DNA of 32,000 bases from Mycolicibacterium smegmatis (GTDB taxonomy: Bacteria > Actinomycetota > Actinomycetes > Mycobacteriales > Mycobacteriaceae): the NCBI RefSeq assembly GCF_001457595.1, contig NZ_LN831039.1, positions 450,001-482,000 on the forward strand, in the 5' to 3' direction. Position numbers and translations under genes: made by a program. The notes below the pieces were generated by a model. The model worked only from the letters and a program-made list of their open reading frames with translations. It was not told where the DNA came from and did no database searches. Shown here piece by piece: positions 1-21,585 of the stretch (its first letter is position 1; each line of letters begins with the position of its first letter).

Positions 1-10571
<10,571 letters not shown>

Positions 10572-10655
10572 GCCGTTGTCCTCCCTAGAATCGGCGGCGA
10601 CGATGTGACCTTGCGGGGACATGTCGCGCCGGAAGATCAACTTTCCCCCCGACGG

Positions 10656-10661
10656 ACACTA
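10656..10661 (-). promoter_or_regulatory. Candidate -10 element (TAGTGT) for pks
   Basis: TANNNT hexamer in the 242-bp divergent pks/papA3 gap, read on the minus strand. No convincing -35 was identified. Confidence 0.25.
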
Positions 10662-10813
10662 TGGCACGCGTGTCGAGCTTATGTGCGTCGTGTCGTCCGC
10701 CGTTCCGACCCTAGGGGCGGCCACCGACGGCCGGTCCGGAGTATGTTGTTCCCGCAGCGGCTCCAGCCGCGCCGGGGGGCCGGCTGAACGGGAATTATTG
10801 GGAAGGACCACGT

Positions 10814-12235
10814 TTGCGAATCGGCAAGATCACGGTTGGCCCACTCGATGAATGGTCGCTCAAGCCGGGCACGGTCACTTCCTGGCAACCGACGGCCGCC
10901 GCGCGCGAAGTGGCGCGACAGGCGCCGGTCAGTTCGGTTCCCGTGAGCTACATGCAAGAGCAACATCTGCGTAACTTCTGCGAACGCACCGCCGCGGGAT
11001 TGAATTTCTCCAGACAGATCATCGCGAGTTGTGAAGTACCGGGCCAATGCGACATTTCCGCGATGGATCACGCCGTCAACTCATACCTGCGAAGGCACGA
11101 CACGTTCCGCAGTTGGTTCGAGGACGCGGGCGACGGGAAATTCATCCGGCATTCCATCGAGAACCCGGACGACATCGAATTCGTTCCTGTCGAACACGGT
11201 GCGATGTCGATCGACGAGATCCACGCCCATGTGACCGACATACCGACTCCGTTGGAGTGGGCATGCTTCACGTTCGGGGTCATCCAGAGCGAGGACCATT
11301 TCACGTTCTTCGCGGCCATGGACCACGTCCACGGCGACGCGACCCTGATCGGCACGACAATGCTCGAAGCCAACGGCATGTATTCGGCGCTCAGCGGCGG
11401 CGGCGAGGCGCTGGTTCTTCCCGAAGCGGGCAGCTTCGACGATTTCTGTATTCGAGAACGTGAACGCACCGCGGATCTGACCGTCGACTCGCCCGAGGTC
11501 CGCGCCTGGATCGAATTCGCGGAAGACAACAATGGCGGCTTTCCCGAGTTCCCGCTTCCGCTGGGGAATCCGAAGAAATCGACCAGTAGCGACATGACGT
11601 CGGAAATCCTGCTGGACCCCGCGCAGACGGAACGTTTCGAATCGGCATGCAACGCGGCCGGGGCGCGTTTTGTCGGTGGTCTTTTCGCGTGCCTGGCGCA
11701 GGTGGAACACGAGTTGACCGGTGCACTCACGTATTACGGGCTCACTCCGCGTGACTCGAGAAATGCCACCGACAATTTCATGACGCAGGGCTGGTTCACG
11801 GGTCTCATCCCTATCACCGTTCCGATCGGTGCGGCGTCATTCACCGAAGCCGCCGGATCCGCCCAGAGATCTTTCGACGCCAATCTGAACATGGCGAAAG
11901 TCCCGTATTACCGGGTGCTGGAGTTGGCCCCGTCGCTGCGGTGGCCGCAACCCAATTTCCCTGTGTCGAATTTCTTCCACGGTGGCGCCGCGCCACTCAA
12001 CGCCGTTCTCGCCGCGGCCGACATGGGACTCGCGAACAACATCGGGATCTACCCCGACGGCCGCTACTCGTATCAGCTCACCATCTACATATTCCGGTAT
12101 GGCGAGGGCACCGCCATGGCAATCATGCATCCCGACAATTCAGTCGCCAGAAAGTCGGCCACCCGCTACATGGAGACGATGCGCTCGGTAGCCGGTCAGG
12201 TGGCCGACAGTGGTAACTGGGGGCGCGTCGCATAG
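10814..12235 (+). CDS. papA3: PapA-family polyketide/trehalose acyltransferase
   Basis: 473-aa ORF with TTG start preceded by AAGGA. Condensation/PapA-type HxxxD motif (DHVHGDAT). Sits divergent to the PKS and upstream of mmpL. Confidence 0.9.
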   Translation: MRIGKITVGPLDEWSLKPGTVTSWQPTAAAREVARQAPVSSVPVSYMQEQHLRNFCERTAAGLNFSRQIIASCEVPGQCDISAMDHAVNSYLRRHDTFRSWFEDAGDGKFIRHSIENPDDIEFVPVEHGAMSIDEIHAHVTDIPTPLEWACFTFGVIQSEDHFTFFAAMDHVHGDATLIGTTMLEANGMYSALSGGGEALVLPEAGSFDDFCIRERERTADLTVDSPEVRAWIEFAEDNNGGFPEFPLPLGNPKKSTSSDMTSEILLDPAQTERFESACNAAGARFVGGLFACLAQVEHELTGALTYYGLTPRDSRNATDNFMTQGWFTGLIPITVPIGAASFTEAAGSAQRSFDANLNMAKVPYYRVLELAPSLRWPQPNFPVSNFFHGGAAPLNAVLAAADMGLANNIGIYPDGRYSYQLTIYIFRYGEGTAMAIMHPDNSVARKSATRYMETMRSVAGQVADSGNWGRVA

Positions 12236-12268
12236 CGTGCGACGGGATGAGGGCGATATGCGGGCGAC

Positions 12269-15200
12269 ATGCGTAAGCTAGCCGATCTTGTGGTGCGGTG
12301 GCCCCTGGTGGTGATCGGGGTCTGGCTCGCGATGGCCGTCGCCCTGCCGCTGTCGTTCCCGTCCCTCGGCGAGATGGCCGAGAAGCACCCGCTGCAGGTC
12401 CTTCCCGCCGAGGCCCCCTCGAGCGTCACGGCCGCGAAAATGGCCGAGGCGTTCCAGGAATCGGGCAACGACGACCTGATGCTGGTCGCGCTGATCAACG
12501 ACAAGGGCCTGACACCCGACGACGAGGCCGTCTACCGCAAGATCGTCGACGCACTGCGCGGTGATCTGATCAACGTGGTGTCGGTGCAGGACTTCATCGG
12601 CACGCCACAACTCCGGCCGTTTCTGACCAGCCAGGACAAGACCACCTGGGTGCTGCCTGTCAGCCTTGAGGGCGAACTCGGCACGCCGCGCGCCTTCGAA
12701 TCGTTCAACCGCGTCTCAGAGATCGTCGAGCACACCGTCGACCAGAACGCCGCGGACGGCGCGCTGCAGGTGCACATCACCGGTCCGGCGGCGACCGTCG
12801 CCGACCTGACCGTCGCGGGCCAGCAGGATCGTCTGCCCATCGAGATCGCGATCGCGGTGCTGGTGCTCGGCGTGTTGCTGCTGGTGTACCGCAACGTCGT
12901 CACCATGCTCTTGCCTCTGGTGACCATCGGATCGTCGCTGATCATCGCGCAGTCCGTGGTGGCCGGCTATTCAGAGCTCACGGGATCCGGCGTCTCCAAT
13001 CAGTCCATGGTGTTCCTCAGTGCCATCATGGCCGGCGCGGGGACGGACTACGCGGTGTTCCTGATCAGCCGCTATCACGACTTCCTGCGCTCGGGTCACG
13101 GTTACGACGCGGCGGTCCGTGCGGCCATGATCTCGATCGGCAAGGTGATCGCGGCGTCGGCCACCACGGTGGGGCTGACGTTCCTTCTGCTGAGTTTCGC
13201 CAAGATGGGCGTGTTCAGAACCGTGGGCGTCGCCGCGGCGATCGGCATCGCGGTCGCATTTCTCGCCGGCGTGACACTGCTTCCGGCGATTCTGGTGCTG
13301 GCCGGGCCGCGCGGCTGGGTCAAACCGCGCCGCGAACTGACCACGCGGTTCTGGCGCAGGTCCGGTATCCGCATCGTGCGTCGCCCGGTCCCACACCTCG
13401 TGGGCAGTGTGCTCGTGCTGGCCCTGCTGGGGGGCTTCACGCTCGTGGCGCACTACAACTACGACGACCGCAAGGTGGTCTCGCCGGACGCGTCGAGTTC
13501 AATCGGATATGCCGCGCTGGAGCAACATTTCCCCATCAGCCAGTCCATCCCCGAGTACATCTTCATCCAGTCGCCGCACGATCTGCGCAACCCGCGAGCA
13601 CTCGCCGACCTGGAACAACTGGCCTCACGCGTTGCGCAACTGCCGGACGTGGGCCTGGTCAGCGGCATCACCCGGCCGCTGGGCGAGGTGCCGCCGGAGT
13701 TCCGAGCGACGTTCCAGGCCGGCATCGTCGGTGACCGGCTCGCGGACGGTTCGACGCAGATCGACCAACGCACGTCCGACCTCAACCGGCTGACCTCCGG
13801 CGCGAAGACACTGGCCGACAGCCTCGCCGACGTGCGAAGCCAGATCAACCAGATCGCGCCCAGCATCCAGAGCCTGGTCGACACGTTCTCGTCGGTGCGC
13901 ACCGAGTACGGCGGCGACAAGCTGGTTCGCGACGTCGACACCGCGGCCAAGCTCGTCGCGAGCGTCAACGCGCTCGGCAATGCCATGGGCATCAACCTCG
14001 CCGCGGTCAAGGACATGTTCGCGTGGATCGGTCCGGTCCTTGCGGCCCTGCAGGGCAACCCGGTGTGTGACGCCAATCCGTCGTGCTCGGCGACGCGCGC
14101 GCAGTTCGAGCGTGTTCTCGACCCCAGCAACGAAGGCAATCTCAACCAGATCAACCAACTCGCCCAGGAGTTCCAGGGCGTCGAGGATCGCGAGACCCTC
14201 AACTCGGCGGTGAAGAAGCTCAACGCCGCCATGGCGAATGTCGCCAAGGCCGTCGACGCCATGGGACTCGACAAACCCGGCGGCACGCAGAAGGGCCTGA
14301 AGGATCTGCAGCAGGGTGCCAGCCGTCTGGCGGGTGGCAGCCGAGAGGTGGCCGGCGGGGTCGACGAACTGGTCAAGCAGGTGAAGGTGATCGCCGCGGG
14401 CCTCAACGAGGCGTCGACGTTCCTGCTGACGATGCGCAACAACGCGGCCGACCCGTCGCAGGCCGGGTTCAACATCCCGCCCGAGGTGTTCGGGCTCGAG
14501 GATTTCAAGAAGGCCTCCGCGGCCTACATCTCACCGGACGGGCATTCGGTGCGCTATCTGGTGCAGACCAAGCTCAACCCGTTCAGCGCCGAGGCGATGG
14601 ACCAGGTCAACCAGATCGGTGACATCGCGCGCGGCGCGCAGCCCAACACCACGCTGGCCGACGCCGAGATCTCGATGGGTGGGTTCCCCGTCGCCTTGCG
14701 GGACACGCGGGACTACTACCAGCAGGACATCCGGTTCATCATCATCGCGACGCTGATCGTCGTGTTGCTGACGCTGACGGTGCTGCTGCGCACGGTCATC
14801 GCCCCCCTGTATCTCGTGGGCTCCGTGGTGGTCTCGTACTTCGCCGCGATCGGCCTCGGTGTCCTGATGTTCCAGGTCGTGCTCGGCCAACAGCTGCACT
14901 GGAGTGTGCCGCCGCTGGCGTTCGTCGTCCTGGTGGCGGTGGGCGCCGACTACAACATGTTGTTCGTGTCGCGGCTACGCGACGAATCTCCGCACAGCGT
15001 GCGGTACGGCGTCATCCGCACCCTAGGTTCGACCGGTGGCGTGATCACCGCGGCGGGACTCATCTTTGCCGCGTCGATGGCCGGGCTGTTGTTCTCCAGC
15101 ATCGGGCTCGTGGTGCAGGGCGGTTTCGTGATCGGGGTGGGAATCCTGCTGGACACCTTCGTGGTTCGGACCATCACGGTGCCCGCGATCGCTTCGCTGG

Positions 15201-15277
15201 TGGGCCGGGCGAACTGGTGGCCGGGGCAGATCGGGACATCGCCGTCGAACTCGCGGGCGCCGGCAGAGGTGACCTGA
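12269..15277 (+). CDS. mmpL10: MmpL-family RND lipid transporter
   Basis: 1002-aa ORF with many hydrophobic segments and the paired MmpL transmembrane motifs GAGTDYAVFLISRYHD and VGADYNMLFVSRLRDE. Position between papA3 and fadD23 supports the MmpL10 assignment. Confidence 0.92.
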   Translation: MRKLADLVVRWPLVVIGVWLAMAVALPLSFPSLGEMAEKHPLQVLPAEAPSSVTAAKMAEAFQESGNDDLMLVALINDKGLTPDDEAVYRKIVDALRGDLINVVSVQDFIGTPQLRPFLTSQDKTTWVLPVSLEGELGTPRAFESFNRVSEIVEHTVDQNAADGALQVHITGPAATVADLTVAGQQDRLPIEIAIAVLVLGVLLLVYRNVVTMLLPLVTIGSSLIIAQSVVAGYSELTGSGVSNQSMVFLSAIMAGAGTDYAVFLISRYHDFLRSGHGYDAAVRAAMISIGKVIAASATTVGLTFLLLSFAKMGVFRTVGVAAAIGIAVAFLAGVTLLPAILVLAGPRGWVKPRRELTTRFWRRSGIRIVRRPVPHLVGSVLVLALLGGFTLVAHYNYDDRKVVSPDASSSIGYAALEQHFPISQSIPEYIFIQSPHDLRNPRALADLEQLASRVAQLPDVGLVSGITRPLGEVPPEFRATFQAGIVGDRLADGSTQIDQRTSDLNRLTSGAKTLADSLADVRSQINQIAPSIQSLVDTFSSVRTEYGGDKLVRDVDTAAKLVASVNALGNAMGINLAAVKDMFAWIGPVLAALQGNPVCDANPSCSATRAQFERVLDPSNEGNLNQINQLAQEFQGVEDRETLNSAVKKLNAAMANVAKAVDAMGLDKPGGTQKGLKDLQQGASRLAGGSREVAGGVDELVKQVKVIAAGLNEASTFLLTMRNNAADPSQAGFNIPPEVFGLEDFKKASAAYISPDGHSVRYLVQTKLNPFSAEAMDQVNQIGDIARGAQPNTTLADAEISMGGFPVALRDTRDYYQQDIRFIIIATLIVVLLTLTVLLRTVIAPLYLVGSVVVSYFAAIGLGVLMFQVVLGQQLHWSVPPLAFVVLVAVGADYNMLFVSRLRDESPHSVRYGVIRTLGSTGGVITAAGLIFAASMAGLLFSSIGLVVQGGFVIGVGILLDTFVVRTITVPAIASLVGRANWWPGQIGTSPSNSRAPAEVT

Positions 15278-15386
15278 CGCGCGTCCGAGCGGTGACGCGA
15301 AGGTACATATGTGAGACTACGAAGCACACGCGATCCCGGAGGACACGCTGAATCAGCCCGCGTCAACTCAGTCATCAATACTGTCG

Positions 15387-17096
15387 ATGCTGCACGGCCG
15401 TGCCAGCCTGCGTCCCGACGACATCGCGTTCACCTTCACCGACTACGACGGTGATCCGTCGGGCGTCGCGCAGAGCCTGACGTGGTCCGTGCTGGCGCGT
15501 CGAACGATCAACGTGGCCAGAGAGATCCGGCGCCACGGCGCCGTGGGGGACCGGGCTCTGATACTCGCGCCGCAGGGACTCGAATACATCCTCGCGTTCC
15601 TGGGATCGATGCAGGCCGGACTCATCGCGGTACCGTTGCCGTTGCCGCATCGGGGGTCGGGACACGACCGGGTGAGTGCGGTGTTCGCCGACACCGAGCC
15701 GACGGTCGTGCTCACGACGTCGGCAGCCGCCACCGACGTCGCCGAATTCGTCGCGTCGTCGCGCACCGATCCGGCGATCATCGAGATCGATTCGCTTGCT
15801 CTGGATTCCGACTACTCCGGCGCGGAAACCGATCTCGGTCCGGTCGGGCTGTCCGACATCGCCTACCTGCAGTACAGCTCCGGATCGACGCGGCTGCCGA
15901 CCGGGGTCATGATCTCGCACCGCAACCTCACCGCGAACTTCGACCAGTTGATGCGGAGTTTCTTCGCCAGGTCGCCGCTTCCGCAGGATGCGACGCTCGT
16001 GTCGTGGCTGCCCTTCTATCACGACATGGGCCTGGTGCTGGGGGTGTGCGCGCCGATCCTGTGCGGGCGCCACGCACAGCTCACGAGCCCGGTGGCGTTC
16101 CTGGAACGTCCGGCCCGGTGGGTGCGGGCGCTCGCCGAGAATCCACACGCCTGGTCGTCGGCACCCAACTTCGCGTTCGACCTCGCGGCACGCAGGACCA
16201 GCGACGAGGATCTGGCCGGGCTGGACCTCGGCGGGGTGGTGGGCATCATCAGCGGCGCCGAACGCGTCGAATCGGCCACGCTGCGCCGCTTCGTGGACCG
16301 CTTCGCGCACTTCAACTTTCGTGACCACATGATGCGTCCCGCGTACGGGCTGGCGGAGGCCACGGTGTTCGTGGCCTCGGGCATCTGGGACGAGGATGCG
16401 CCGGCCGGGTACTTCGACGCCGAAGCGCTGAGCGCGGGCCGGGTCAGTCCCAGCGCGCCGCGCAAGGGCACCGCACTGGTGAGATACCAGGTGCCGCAGT
16501 CACCTTCGCTGCGAATCGTCGACGTCGACACGCGCCGCGAGACCCCGCCGGGTGTGGTGGGAGAGATCTGGGTGCACGGCGACAACGTCGCCTCCGGGTA
16601 CTGGGGCAAACCGGCGGACGAGAGCACGTTCGGCGCAACACTTCTCGACCCGTCGCCGGGTACGCCCGATGGCCCGTGGCTGCGCACGGGTGACCTGGGG
16701 TTCGTCCATGCCGGCGAACTGTACGTCGTCGGACGCATCAAGGACGTCCTGATCATCCGGGGCCGCAACCACTATCCCGAGGATATCGAGGCCACGGTGC
16801 AGGCCATCACCCACGGCAGGGTGGCGGCCATCTCGGTTCCGGTGAACAGCACCGAGGAGTTGGTGACCGTCATCGAACTCAAGAAGCCGGCCGACCTCGA
16901 CGCCGAGGCCATCCGTCGGTTCGGCGAGGTCAAGAGCAACGTCACCGCCGCGGTGGCGAACGCGCACGGCCTGAGCGTGGCGGATCTGGTTCTCGTGCCG
17001 TCGGGTTCGCTCCCGACCACCACGAGCGGCAAGATCCGGCGTGCGGCCTGTGCAGAGCAGTACCGGCAGAAGCAGTTCGTCAGGTTGGACGGCTGA
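15387..17096 (+). CDS. fadD23: Long-chain fatty acyl-AMP ligase (FadD23-like)
   Basis: 569-aa ORF from the first canonical ATG. FAAL motifs: [54 protein letters not shown]. The start may really be CTG at 15348 (see finding). Confidence 0.92.
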
Positions 17097-17157
17097 GTTC
17101 CTCAGTGAGGCGGGGTATGGTTCGCAAGCAGTACAGCCGAGTGGGTGGGAGTGCGAC

Positions 17158-18309
17158 ATGAGGAGACGACTTCTCGCGTTCGGCACGGCGTTCACCACGA
17201 TCGGCACCGCGGGATTTCTCGGTTTCGGTGTCGCGGCTGCCGATGACACCAAACCGGTCGACCCGGCACCCGGCGGCGCCCACGCCGAGGCGCCATCGAT
17301 GGGCACACCCGGACGCGGGTACGCGCTCGGGGGCGCGCACGTGCTGGGCATCCCGTACGACGAATACATCATGCGCACCGGCGCGGACTGGTTCCCCGGT
17401 CTCGACCGGCAGATCGTCGACTACCCGGCCGGGCAGGTGCAAGGCCACACCCTGGAGCGGCTGTTCCCGGGTATCGGTGCGCTCGGCGAGCGCTTCATGC
17501 CGGGCCTGGGTCTCGACGGTCCGAGTTACGGCGAATCGATCGACGTCGGCGCGCCCAACCTCATCAACGCGATCCGCCAGGGCGGCCCGGGAACGGTGAT
17601 CGGCCTGTCCGAGGGCGCGTCGGTGCTCGACGAGGTGCAGGCGCGTCTCGCGTACGACCCGGCCGCGCCGCCGCCGGACAGCCTGAGCTTCGCGACGTAC
17701 GGCAACCCCGTCGGCAAGCACGCCTTCGGCGAGAGTTTCCTGACGCAGATGTTCCCGGTCGGCAGCGTCGTCCCGTCGCTCGACTACCGCATCCCGGCTC
17801 CGGTGGAAAGCCAGTACGACACCTACCAGTTCGTCTCGGCATACGACAGCATCGCGGACTGGCCGGACCGGCCGGACAACTGGATCTCCGTCGCCAACGC
17901 GATCGTGGGCCTCGCGACCGGGCACACCGCCGTCGCGTTCACCAACCCGAGCATGGTGCCCCCACAGAACATCCGGACCACCGTCAACTCGCGCGGCGCG
18001 AAGGACACGACGATCATGATCCCCGAGGAGCACCTGCCACTGGTGTTGCCGTTCAAGTACCTCGGGGTGGACAAGGACACGCTGAACAAGCTCGACGGCG
18101 TGCTCAAGCCGTACGTGGATGCCGGCTACTCGCGCAACGACGATCCGCTGACCGCGCCCATCACGGTCGACCCGGTCAACGGGTACGACCCGGCGGCGGT
18201 CACGGCGCCGGCCACGCAGGCGGCCTTCGGCGGAGGTACCGACCCGGTGTCGCAATTGCTCGCCGGACTGCAGTACGTCGTGAACAATCAACCGGCGCCC
18301 AAGCCCTGA
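17158..18309 (+). CDS. Secreted PE-PPE-domain alpha/beta serine hydrolase / acyltransferase, TPP-locus 'PE' gene
   Basis: ATG 17158 gives [30 protein letters not shown], a signal peptide-like N terminus. GLSEGAS matches the serine hydrolase GxSxG motif. No PE or PPE N-terminal domain was seen. The track ORF start at 17041 lies inside fadD23 and is unlikely. Confidence 0.85.
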
Positions 18310-18323
18310 GGCGCTACAGCGCC
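18310..18323. terminator. Short inverted repeat at a convergent gene junction
   Basis: GGCGCT-AC-AGCGCC, perfect 6-bp arms, beginning right after the hydrolase stop codon. The loop is only 2 nt and there is no T-tract, so terminator function is uncertain. Confidence 0.3.
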
Positions 18324-19003
18324 GCGATACCGACGCCCAGCAGCATGCAGCCGACGACGGCCAGGAGCGTGGCGAACCCGCGCCGACCGCGCGCCTTGAG
18401 CCAGTCGTACACCGCGGCCAGCGTCGCGCGGGTGCGTTCCGGTGCCACCAGGTAGCACACCAGCGGGATCTCCACGAGTGCGAACGCCACCACGTTGAAC
18501 AGCATCAGCGCACCGAACTGCGTCGACGCCGCGGCGCCGGACGCGACGATCAGGGCCAGCGCGGCCAGGTAGTCGACCGACGGCAGCGCGATGCCCAGGC
18601 CCGCGACGCCCGCGGCCCACAGCGAGCTTCCCGTGAGAAGCGTGCGGGTGCGGTCCGCGGCGGGGCCCAGCATCCGGCGGACGCGGCCGGGCGGGCCCGG
18701 GTCCTTTCGCCGCCCGCCCAGCAGGCCCGTGGCCACCAGGACGGCGTTGGCCAGGATCAGGGCGCCGACGGCGATCTGCACCCGCGGCAACGTGAAATGT
18801 GCGGAACCGAGGGCGGGCCGCATCACGAACAGCACGACCATGCCCACCGCGGTGCCCATCAGGAATCCGCCCGCGAGGAAGGTCGACAGTTGCAGGGCAG
18901 GCTGGGGCCGGTTGATCATCACCACCGTCATGCCGATCCGGAACGGCTCCAGGCTGATCACAGCGGCCATCAGCAGGAGAGGGATCCACATGGTGGGCGT
19001 CAC
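18314..19003 (-). CDS. GAP-family membrane protein (Gap/Sap-like, implicated in lipid export)
   Basis: 229-aa ORF with GTG start and several hydrophobic helices. Begins MTPTMWIPLLLMAAVISLEPFRIGMTVVMINRP, typical of mycobacterial GAP proteins. Convergent with the hydrolase gene. Confidence 0.8.
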   Translation of the reverse strand: MTPTMWIPLLLMAAVISLEPFRIGMTVVMINRPQPALQLSTFLAGGFLMGTAVGMVVLFVMRPALGSAHFTLPRVQIAVGALILANAVLVATGLLGGRRKDPGPPGRVRRMLGPAADRTRTLLTGSSLWAAGVAGLGIALPSVDYLAALALIVASGAAASTQFGALMLFNVVAFALVEIPLVCYLVAPERTRATLAAVYDWLKARGRRGFATLLAVVGCMLLGVGIAAL

Positions 19004-19077
19004 GTTACCGCGCGCGCTTTAGGTTCATGCCGATCCGGACGCTGGCCGTGGCGGGCCGTCTGCCCGATGATGGCGGG

Positions 19078-20551
<1,474 letters not shown>

Positions 20552-20555
20552 ATTC

Positions 20556-20588
20556 GTCATGCGGCGAGCCTCGGGCTCGCCGCATGAC
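20556..20588. terminator. Strong bidirectional hairpin, probable intrinsic terminator
   Basis: GTCATGCGGCGAGCC-TCG-GGCTCGCCGCATGAC: perfect 15-bp arms with a 3-nt loop, between the convergent ends at 20551(+) and 20596(-). No T-tract. Confidence 0.75.
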
Positions 20589-20595
20589 CGGAATG

Positions 20596-20757
20596 TCAGG
20601 GCCGTGCGGCGAGTTCCTCGCGGTACTTGGCGATGCGCTGTTCGATCTCGGCTGCATCCTCCGAGCGGCCTTCCTTGCGGGCGAGTGTCGCGCGCGCCGA
20701 CAGTTCGCGGATGGCCGTGCGGATGTCGTTGATGCTGTGGATCTGACGGGTACTCAT
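20596..20757 (-). CDS. Small hypothetical protein (53 aa) downstream of sdhB
   Basis: MSTRQIHSINDIRTAIRELSARATLARKEGRSEDAAEIEQRIAKYREELAARP. ATG 20757 preceded by AAAGG. Lies between the sdhB stop and the strong hairpin. The 122-aa track version extends upstream into sdhB. Confidence 0.65.
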   Translation of the reverse strand: MSTRQIHSINDIRTAIRELSARATLARKEGRSEDAAEIEQRIAKYREELAARP

Positions 20758-20834
20758 AGGCTGCCTTTCGTCGTTGATTGGCTGCTTTCCATCGAGCGTA
20801 CCCAGCAGATCGGGGACGGGCACCCGATCGAACG

Positions 20835-21584
20835 TCACCGCCGGAACAGCTTGTTGCCCAACCAGACAATCGGGTCGTACTTGCGGTCCGCGACGCGCTC
20901 TTTCATGGGGATCAACGCATTGTCGGTGATCTTGATGTGCTCGGGACACACCTCGGTGCAGCACTTCGTGATGTTGCAGTAGCCGAGCCCGAACTCGTCC
21001 TGTGCCATCTCCTTGCGGTCGACGGTGTCGAGCGGATGCATGTCCAGCTCGGCGATGCGCATGTGGAACCGCGGTCCGGCGAAGTTCTCCTTGTTCTCTT
21101 CGTGATCACGCACCACATGGCACACGTTCTGGCACAGGAAGCACTCGATGCACTTGCGGAACTCCTGTGACCGGTTCACGTCCTCCTGCTGCATTCGGTA
21201 CTCACCGGGCTGCAGATCCTTCGGCGGTGTGAACGACGGGATCTGCCGTGCCTTCTCGTAGTTGAACGACACGTCGGTCACGAGGTCACGCATCACCGGG
21301 AACGTGCGCAGTGGCGTGACCGTGACGACCTCGTCCTCGCCGAAGGTGGACATGCGCGTCATGCACATCAGCCGCGGCCTGCCGTTGATCTCCGCCGAGC
21401 ACGAACCGCACTTGCCTGCCTTGCAGTTCCACCGCACCGCGAGATCCGGTGTCTGGGTGGCCTGCAGGCGGTGGATGATGTCGAGGACCACCTCGCCGTC
21501 GTTGACCTCGACGGTGTAGTCGTGCAGTTCGCCGCCGGTGTCGTCGCCGCGCCACACCCGCAGTTTCGCGTCGTAAGTAGCCAT
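20835..21584 (-). CDS. sdhB: Succinate dehydrogenase/fumarate reductase iron-sulfur subunit
   Basis: 249 aa with Fe-S motifs WNCKAGKCGSCSAEINGRPRLMC, CIECFLCQNVC and CCTEVCPEHI. The start codon lies immediately downstream of the sdhA stop. Confidence 0.95.
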   Translation of the reverse strand: MATYDAKLRVWRGDDTGGELHDYTVEVNDGEVVLDIIHRLQATQTPDLAVRWNCKAGKCGSCSAEINGRPRLMCMTRMSTFGEDEVVTVTPLRTFPVMRDLVTDVSFNYEKARQIPSFTPPKDLQPGEYRMQQEDVNRSQEFRKCIECFLCQNVCHVVRDHEENKENFAGPRFHMRIAELDMHPLDTVDRKEMAQDEFGLGYCNITKCCTEVCPEHIKITDNALIPMKERVADRKYDPIVWLGNKLFRR

Positions 21585-21585
21585 C

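Noticed and set aside
10780-10793. GCCGG-GGGG-CCGGC inverted repeat between pks and papA3 as operator
   Set aside because: Only 5-bp arms of pure G/C, expected by chance in this composition. Not strong enough to claim, and exact coordinates are approximate.
15375-16328. 317-aa minus strand ORF and 280-aa + strand ORF (15482-16324) within fadD23
   Set aside because: Overlap the fadD23 coding frame, which carries all FAAL motifs; alternative frames have no recognisable domains.
17080-18291. 403-aa minus strand ORF opposite the PE-PPE hydrolase
   Set aside because: His/Arg/Asp-rich shadow of the well-supported + strand secreted hydrolase.
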